Source: Pseudomonadota bacterium (GTDB lineage: Bacteria > Bdellovibrionota > Bdellovibrionia > Bdellovibrionales > Bdellovibrionaceae). Taken from it: DNA of 64,000 nucleotides. The position numbers were made by a program, and so were the translations under genes. The stretch spans positions 128,001-192,000 of the forward strand of contig JBEGVH010000016.1 in assembly GCA_041178425.1 (NCBI GenBank), written 5' to 3'. Positions 58,108 to 64,000 of this stretch are shown here, one piece after another (the stretch's first letter is position 1; each line of letters begins with the position of its first letter). The notes beneath the pieces were generated by a model. That model worked only from the letters and a program-made list of their open reading frames with translations, did no database searches and was not told where the DNA came from.

Positions 58108-58896
58108 TTATTTTTGATCGGCGTCGCAGGCCTTTATCGCTTCACTAGAAAGCATATAGGCCAAATAGTCCGATGCTTTTTGAGTTAAAGGAACACTCAC
58201 AGAAAGTAGTAAATGCGGATTGGGTCCGAGCTTGTCCTCTCTCGTCTCGTTCTTGAAAAAGTTATCATTCTCGTCCATTTCAAAAATCACAAATAGAGGA
58301 TCATTTCCCGGTTCAGGTTTTTTGCCGTTGATCAACTTATGAGAATTCATACTGGCAACTGCACAACTTCCCTTCATGGGGTACCTTTGATTATTTTTGG
58401 TTATTAGATCGGCAAAACAAAAGAGCTCGTCCTCCTCAAAACGAACCTCAAAATTTTCTAGCTGAAATTGATTTTCCAATTTCGTGAAGGCTTCCATGGG
58501 CTGTTTCGTGGACTCTTGTTCAGTCCATTGACAGCCATGAATATTCAGCTTTCCAACTTCAAAAAGAACTTTGCTATTAGGAACACAGGCATTTGATTTA
58601 AATTCAGAAACACTTGCCGGCGTTAAATCGTTGACGTCTTCAACTTCAATTTCACAAGATTTCAATGCCACTTTGTTACGAACGTAAACCGGAATTTCAA
58701 AACGATTTTCTGCTTCCAATAAAATTCCTAGAAGTGGATAGTCACCCGCATCATCATCACTGTTTGAATCGAGAGTGGTCTCTTTAGCGTCAATCTCTTG
58801 CTCTAATTGCGAGATAGCGGCCTGAGCGCCAAAGAGCGTTACCAAGCTAACCGCACACAAAACACTGTAAAGGTATTTCTTCTGGAGAATTTTCAT
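58108..58896 (-). CDS. Hypothetical secreted acidic protein
   Basis: ATGA overlap with the SLT-like gene; signal peptide; six Cys after the signal region. Confidence 0.8.
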   Translation of the reverse strand: MKILQKKYLYSVLCAVSLVTLFGAQAAISQLEQEIDAKETTLDSNSDDDAGDYPLLGILLEAENRFEIPVYVRNKVALKSCEIEVEDVNDLTPASVSEFKSNACVPNSKVLFEVGKLNIHGCQWTEQESTKQPMEAFTKLENQFQLENFEVRFEEDELFCFADLITKNNQRYPMKGSCAVASMNSHKLINGKKPEPGNDPLFVIFEMDENDNFFKNETREDKLGPNPHLLLSVSVPLTQKASDYLAYMLSSEAIKACDADQK

Positions 58897-59726
58897 AGAT
58901 TTCCACTCCTGACGTGACCGTAATGTTTCGCTGAACGCCGGCTATGACTATAGCGCGAACCAACTTTTTTACCGCCACAAGTTTTATATCGACGACATTG
59001 GGACTTAACACCCACACGAACCTGCTGCGCTGGTGAATTAGTCTTCCATAGACCTGTTCGTACACAATTCGAAACAAAGCGCCCGTACGCATATTTATAT
59101 CGTGGGTGCCCATTGTATCTCTGAGCGAGTGCCTCACTTGATTTTAGCCCACTATGCTTTGCTTCTGCACAGAGGTGCGTTGCCGCCATAGCTACGGCTG
59201 TGTCACGATCCAGCGCGTGGCGACGATTGAGAACACATTTGTTGTCTTTCTCATTTGGACGCCCAACTAAATCCCAAAAATAATCATAGTTATCACCCAA
59301 CCCTGTCGAAAATGATTGCCTCACATAGGAAACTCCAGCAGATGTGAACTGACTCATACCACAGCCATTTTTTCCACACGGGTTATTCGAATACCGACCC
59401 ACTTCGCGTTTGAAAATACACATCAGCAATGGGGCGGTGACTTTATTTTTACACCGAGGTTCTCTCTCATAGGCCTTCTCTGCTTGTTGTGCCACCCATT
59501 GAATACAACTAAAGCTTCTCTCTTGTTTTTTTCCATTGATCGCGGAACACTGGCGAGCAACTTCGGATCCATCGGAATCGACCTGGGGCGGTGCGACCTG
59601 AGCCCTACAATAATTCAGCTTTTTGTGAGTTTTCTGGTGTTTGCGCGCGAAGGTCGTCTCGTGCGCAAACAATAAAGCCAATAACAAGCCGAATTTAAAA
59701 AATAAATTCAAAGATAAAGATTTCAT
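58893..59726 (-). CDS. Secreted lytic transglycosylase (SLT/lysozyme-like)
   Basis: Signal peptide; LLMCIFKRE (catalytic Glu), GMSQFT, RYNG, Y...V..C; basic tail. Confidence 0.7.
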   Translation of the reverse strand: MKSLSLNLFFKFGLLLALLFAHETTFARKHQKTHKKLNYCRAQVAPPQVDSDGSEVARQCSAINGKKQERSFSCIQWVAQQAEKAYEREPRCKNKVTAPLLMCIFKREVGRYSNNPCGKNGCGMSQFTSAGVSYVRQSFSTGLGDNYDYFWDLVGRPNEKDNKCVLNRRHALDRDTAVAMAATHLCAEAKHSGLKSSEALAQRYNGHPRYKYAYGRFVSNCVRTGLWKTNSPAQQVRVGVKSQCRRYKTCGGKKVGSRYSHSRRSAKHYGHVRSGNL

Positions 59727-59739
59727 GTCATTATGACAA

Positions 59740-59755
59740 TACAAAGAGGATGCCA
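59740..59755 (-). promoter_or_regulatory. Putative sigma54 promoter (variant -12 TTGT)
   Basis: Minus strand reads TGGCAT-CCTCT-TTGTA, with boxes identical to those at 42010-42025. Confidence 0.55.
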
Positions 59756-59934
59756 GTCTCGACACCCATCTCTTAAAACTCTAAATCAAAATAAACATCT
59801 TCCAGATCAAAAGCGTCTCAAAGTGATACAACCCTTGGCCGCCCGAAAAACCTTATTTTCAAATGTAACAAAATTCATTTGTCATTGATCAAACTGTCGA
59901 CACTCGATGCTATACGCCCCTCGATCAAAAAGGC

Positions 59935-61431
59935 CTATCTCGCCAAGAGGGACCACTCGACTAATTTATCTAGTATTCTTGAGAGCGGCATTTTTTGCGC
60001 TGAACCGCGTACGCCAATATTAAAATATTCAGTCGGTAATGGCATGACTCCCTCCCAAACAGGGAGTGTTTCTTCTCCATTAACAAACGCCATCGACCCA
60101 TCTGCAGGTTTCCAAAGCATATCAGGATGAGCTTGCTGATACCATTCTCCCCCGATGATGTTAGCGTCTTTATCCAATTCGAGATCGTAGTAATAAGTCA
60201 CTGCCACTAATCTCTCTAATGGGTTACTGATTGAGTTACGATGATTAGCATCCTCCTCCACCACATATTGAATATCTGAAATCACACCAACGAGGTATTC
60301 AGTGCCCGGTGATCGATATTTTTTATAAGGATCTTTTTTAACGTCAGAGTATTTGACAATGGAATTTTCTAAACTGGTTATTTTCTGAGTTTCGGGATTA
60401 AAATAGCTCAAACGATAACTAGAAATCGGTTGATTCCAAACTTCGTAATCATAGGTCGCATCAAGCACAAAACTTTGTTTTTTTAGTCCAACCCAGTGAG
60501 TGAGAGCCAGATGCCAAGTAGACGGGTTCACATCAAAGCATTCCGAGCTAATAACTCTCCCATTAGAGTCGGTTTTTGGATGCTTATCATTACAACGCCC
60601 ACCAAGAAAATTATAGTTAAAGCTTGCTTGAGCCCAGAGCTGTGAAATGAGTCCCTTGAGGTCATGGGGATAAATACGTAGAGTGCCTTTTTCTTCTTTG
60701 AGATCAATGTCAAAGGCCTTCTTTGGTTCAGGAACACTAAACGCTGCAGGTGCCCAGCCATGACAAATTCCAAACCAAGTTTCAACTTTTCCATACATAT
60801 CTTGGTATATTTTCCCCTCGGTCCAAACCGCTTGGGTTAGGCTCCATTTTTTATCTCCGAGAAGGTAATCATACTTTTCTGCGGGAGATAGTTTTCCAAG
60901 TTCATCAGGATCACCATTTAAGGGCTTGAGATAATTATTTTGATAGTACTTATAATTTATTTTGAAGCTTTCTGAGCGCGGAAATTTAGGATCTGCATAG
61001 CGATTTCCAAGACCGCCTTGATACATGGGCCAATAATAGCCTGCCCAAGGGATTTCTTTTACGTTTCCTTCATCCAAGGCTGATAACTTTAAAATATTTC
61101 TTTCGTAGCCTCCTCCCAGAAAGGCCCTCAATTGAATTTCATCACTAAATAATTCAAAAAGCTGGTATTCTGCCGAGTCCTGACAAACTTCTCCGGGAGC
61201 ACTGGCCTTACAAAGCTTTTTGCTACGAAAGTCATCTTTTGCGGCCACAAAAGCTTTTCTAGAGATATCTGTGCTTGAGAATTTCAAAATGGAAGCAGCT
61301 CCTGTTTTTCTGGGAAGCTCTTCAGAAGCAAGTGCCGGATCTTTAAAATGTCTCTCTAAGAAGCTATGGTCTTGAGCTAATGCTATATTTTTAATCAAAA
61401 CTATTAGGGTTAAGATAAAAAGTTGTTTCAC
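59935..61431 (-). CDS. Secreted transglutaminase-elicitor (GP42-like) family protein
   Basis: PWAGYYWP, LSPAEKYD, WFGICHGW, DLKGL, VWNQPI, Y.LELD....IIGGEW...HPD. GTG 61431 follows AGAAGGGGG. Confidence 0.85.
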   Translation of the reverse strand: MKQLFILTLIVLIKNIALAQDHSFLERHFKDPALASEELPRKTGAASILKFSSTDISRKAFVAAKDDFRSKKLCKASAPGEVCQDSAEYQLFELFSDEIQLRAFLGGGYERNILKLSALDEGNVKEIPWAGYYWPMYQGGLGNRYADPKFPRSESFKINYKYYQNNYLKPLNGDPDELGKLSPAEKYDYLLGDKKWSLTQAVWTEGKIYQDMYGKVETWFGICHGWAPAAFSVPEPKKAFDIDLKEEKGTLRIYPHDLKGLISQLWAQASFNYNFLGGRCNDKHPKTDSNGRVISSECFDVNPSTWHLALTHWVGLKKQSFVLDATYDYEVWNQPISSYRLSYFNPETQKITSLENSIVKYSDVKKDPYKKYRSPGTEYLVGVISDIQYVVEEDANHRNSISNPLERLVAVTYYYDLELDKDANIIGGEWYQQAHPDMLWKPADGSMAFVNGEETLPVWEGVMPLPTEYFNIGVRGSAQKMPLSRILDKLVEWSLLAR

Positions 61432-61585
61432 AACGTACCCCCTTCTTGCCTCTTCATTACCCCTGGTTTTGTCACCTTCTACAGAGGAGTCAATTGCAAG
61501 CGGCAATTTGTCTGAATCTTAATCCATAATGGTTGAAATAGTCCCACGACCGATCTATTGTCGCCTCCATGAATTGGAGGCACTT

Positions 61586-61675
61586 ATGAAAGTAAAAAAA
61601 GTCCGCAAAGCTAACAAACTTCACGCACGACGTTTGGCGAAGAAAAGAAAACTGATCAAAAAAAATAAAAAGTAA
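61586..61675 (+). CDS. Unannotated 29-aa Lys/Arg-rich small protein
   Basis: GGAGG SD 5 nt before ATG; translates MKVKKVRKANKLHARRLAKKRKLIKKNKK-stop; followed by a terminator. Confidence 0.7.
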   Translation: MKVKKVRKANKLHARRLAKKRKLIKKNKK

Positions 61676-61682
61676 AGTTTAC

Positions 61683-61715
61683 GGGTGAGTCTTAAAGGAC
61701 TCACCCTCATTTTTT
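61683..61715 (+). terminator. Rho-independent terminator after the small ORF
   Basis: GGGTGAGTC-TTAAAG-GACTCACCC then TCATTTTTT. Confidence 0.8.
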
Positions 61716-62426
61716 GTGATTTCAGTCATTTTTGAAGATTCCGATTACATAGCGATCGACAAGCCACCAGGCTATCACGTGCATCCTCCCGAAAACTCTC
61801 AATGGAAAGTTCCCAGAGATCTCATTTGTCTCTACTGGCTGCGCAATTATTTAGGATCCTACGTTTACCCAATCCACAGGCTGGATGCGGCTACGGGAGG
61901 CGTTGTTCTGTTTGGAAAGCACTCAGAAGCTGCTGGAAAAATCCAGCACCTCATTCAGACCCAATCTATTAGTAAACAGTACGTTGCCGTTACTCGTGGT
62001 TATTGTGCTGATGAGGGGGTTAACGAAAAACCGCTCTTAAGTGACTCGTCAGACCTAATGCTAGAATCACGAACTGAGTTTCAATTACTTTCAAAATTAG
62101 AACTCCCCTTTGCTGTTGGCAAAAAACACACCACAAGTCGTTACAGCCTTCTGAAGGTAGAGCCGAAAACAGGACGGTATCATCAGATTCGACGCCATTT
62201 CGCCTCTGATTCTCACCCAATCATTGGAGACATTATGCATGGAGATTCCCATCATAATCGTTTTTTTAGAGAAAACCTAAATATTCCTGGATTGCTTTTA
62301 CATAGTTTCGAATTATCTTTCATGCACCCTTACCAAGACGTCAGTGTAATTATTAAAACACCCTGGAGTAAGCGATGGGAAAACGTATTCAACCTGTTCA
62401 AATTCTCAGATATCAATTTGCTCTAG
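61716..62426 (+). CDS. truC: RluA-family pseudouridine synthase (TruC-like)
   Basis: KPPG..VH, HRLD (catalytic Asp), TGR.HQIRRH, HPIIGD..HGD. Confidence 0.85.
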   Translation: MISVIFEDSDYIAIDKPPGYHVHPPENSQWKVPRDLICLYWLRNYLGSYVYPIHRLDAATGGVVLFGKHSEAAGKIQHLIQTQSISKQYVAVTRGYCADEGVNEKPLLSDSSDLMLESRTEFQLLSKLELPFAVGKKHTTSRYSLLKVEPKTGRYHQIRRHFASDSHPIIGDIMHGDSHHNRFFRENLNIPGLLLHSFELSFMHPYQDVSVIIKTPWSKRWENVFNLFKFSDINLL

Positions 62427-63430
62427 TTTTATTTTTTGTTTTTTTTAATGTTCAGCCGGCCCAATCCTGGGGTGGGCGGGGTCATTCTCTCATTTGCGAA
62501 TCTGCGATTCATTTGGTGAAAAATAACACACTCAAGCAATACCTCATAAATAAAACGAATGCGATAACTTATCTTTGTAATCTGCCAGACACTTATTGGC
62601 GGAGTGTTCCTGGCGCTGAATCAGGGGGGGCCACCCACTTTTTTGAGATTGATTTGGTGGGTTTGACTATTCAGAGTGTTTCGGTGAACAAATCCTTTGG
62701 TCAATTAACCCAAGATTTCAAGGGTAAACAGAATCTAATAACCAAAAGACCAATTCTTTCTGTTTCACGCGAACTTGGGTCTAGCTGGTGGAGAGCCAAT
62801 CAATTTTTTAATAAGGCGGTTTTGGCCGGTAAAAAGGCAAAACTAAAAAAGACTCTCGATCGTGATGATCAAGATATCTTTGAATTCTGGGTCATGATGG
62901 GCTTACTCGGGCACTTCGTGGCCGACAATGCACAACCATTCCATAACACCAAAAATTACGATGGCTGGGAAAACGGCCACGGAGGAATTCATGGTTACTA
63001 TGAGTCTGATTTGGTGAATGCCTTACCTTCCTCGGTCATTGTCGATGTGATCAAATCCTATCCGTCTATAGAAAAAGAATTAGATCTAAAGAACTCTAAA
63101 ACTATTTTAGTGAACATGCGTAATCTTTCGGTACTCTCCTATGCTGACCTGTCCATCATCATGAAAAATGATCCACTCCTTGAGCCCTCTACCAGTCGAA
63201 AAGAGAAGGGAATGGAGCTAAAAACTCCCGCAAAGCGCAAGAGCCCCGATGCTGTTATTCAGATTTTTCAGCCCATGCTAGTCACACACCTAGCGCGAGC
63301 CGCAGCCCTGCTAGCGCATACCTGGGACCAGATTTTTGAAGCTGCAGGAAGCCCCCCTGTTGAATTAGATCATTCGTTTAAGTTTCCACATCAGTTTCCG
63401 TTCGTCGAACCTGATTATATTGAAGATTAG
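62375..63430 (+). CDS. Secreted S1/P1 nuclease / Zn-dependent phospholipase C fold protein
   Basis: Signal peptide AQS|WGGRGH; PD, HF, GHFVAD..QPFH and IHGYYES Zn ligands. Confidence 0.85.
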   Translation: MGKRIQPVQILRYQFALVLFFVFFNVQPAQSWGGRGHSLICESAIHLVKNNTLKQYLINKTNAITYLCNLPDTYWRSVPGAESGGATHFFEIDLVGLTIQSVSVNKSFGQLTQDFKGKQNLITKRPILSVSRELGSSWWRANQFFNKAVLAGKKAKLKKTLDRDDQDIFEFWVMMGLLGHFVADNAQPFHNTKNYDGWENGHGGIHGYYESDLVNALPSSVIVDVIKSYPSIEKELDLKNSKTILVNMRNLSVLSYADLSIIMKNDPLLEPSTSRKEKGMELKTPAKRKSPDAVIQIFQPMLVTHLARAAALLAHTWDQIFEAAGSPPVELDHSFKFPHQFPFVEPDYIED

Positions 63431-63624
63431 GTATTTAATCTTTTCTCATCAAACAAGATTTATTTTTACATTTCTCACTTCGAAACGTTCATTAAAGAAT
63501 CAAAACCCAGGCCAGCTCATTTTTATCTTAAAATTAATCATTAAATTCCAGGGCCTTTCAACAAGGGCTCCTATACCTTAGACTAGGGATTGACGAGAGA
63601 AAGATTGTCTCGCTAGGAGGTCAA

Positions 63625-63945
63625 GTGACCTTGGTAAAATCAGATGGAGTTGGTTTTCGAATCTTGGGCCCCCAAGATCTGCCGCAAGTATTTGAGGGCA
63701 GCTCATCGTCGGATAGCGGAATTGAGCCCATCGATACGAATAACTCGCCCGACTCTAATTCACAGCACTCATCACCAAGCGACGACCCCCTTCTTGAATT
63801 CCTTGAACGGCGAAAAAAAAATAGAGAATTGTATGAGAGACGTTATAGTCGAAAAGCAATCGGATTAAAGGCTTATGACGAGCAAAAAGAATACAAACCC
63901 CTATTTGATGAACTCCCTGAATTTCAATTTAAGAAAGCAGGCTAA
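63625..63945 (+). CDS. Hypothetical protein
   Basis: SD AGGAGG before GTG; Ser-rich linker and charged helix. Confidence 0.7.
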   Translation: MTLVKSDGVGFRILGPQDLPQVFEGSSSSDSGIEPIDTNNSPDSNSQHSSPSDDPLLEFLERRKKNRELYERRYSRKAIGLKAYDEQKEYKPLFDELPEFQFKKAG

Positions 63946-64000
63946 TGCCCAATCACCTATGGTAATTCGCTAATAATTTTTTCACATGCCTTTACCGGAG

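Noticed and set aside
63431..63624. c-di-GMP riboswitch or sRNA in the intergenic region
   Set aside because: No GEMM-type core motif seen; only a short CGAGA/TCTCG hairpin.

Overview
A 64 kb chromosomal segment, roughly 40-43% GC by eye. Gene content points to a Bdellovibrio-like predatory bacterium (inference: Bd3614-type deaminase, Gld-type ABC operon, VWA lipoprotein, many Cys-rich secreted orphans). Housekeeping genes include alaS (5'-truncated), aspartokinase, ETF-QO, rplX-rpmB/rpsR, serA, pepN, murD, hutI, gpmA, sucA-sucB-lpdA, dctA, several RNA-modification enzymes, tRNA-Pro(TGG) and tRNA-Arg(TCT). Between them lie secreted accessory genes: a GH30 hydrolase, a PIG-L deacetylase, a Cys-repeat lipoprotein, a His-rich multicopper oxidase, a degenerate zincin, an SLT-like enzyme, a GP42-type transglutaminase and an S1/P1-like nuclease. 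No CRISPR array, integrase, transposase or prophage was seen. The strongest leads are: (i) an unannotated 29-aa ultra-basic ORF with a hairpin-occluded RBS and a downstream terminator; (ii) a 16-bp stem burying the SD and AUG of hsp20 right after the alaS stop; (iii) a recurring sigma54 promoter plus GTCTCA-N3-TGAGAC-like site upstream of dispersed secreted genes; (iv) a nested aspartokinase beta-subunit start; (v) a Bd3614-family deaminase. All calls are from motif reading by eye. Some starts were moved from the ORF track to SD-supported codons.
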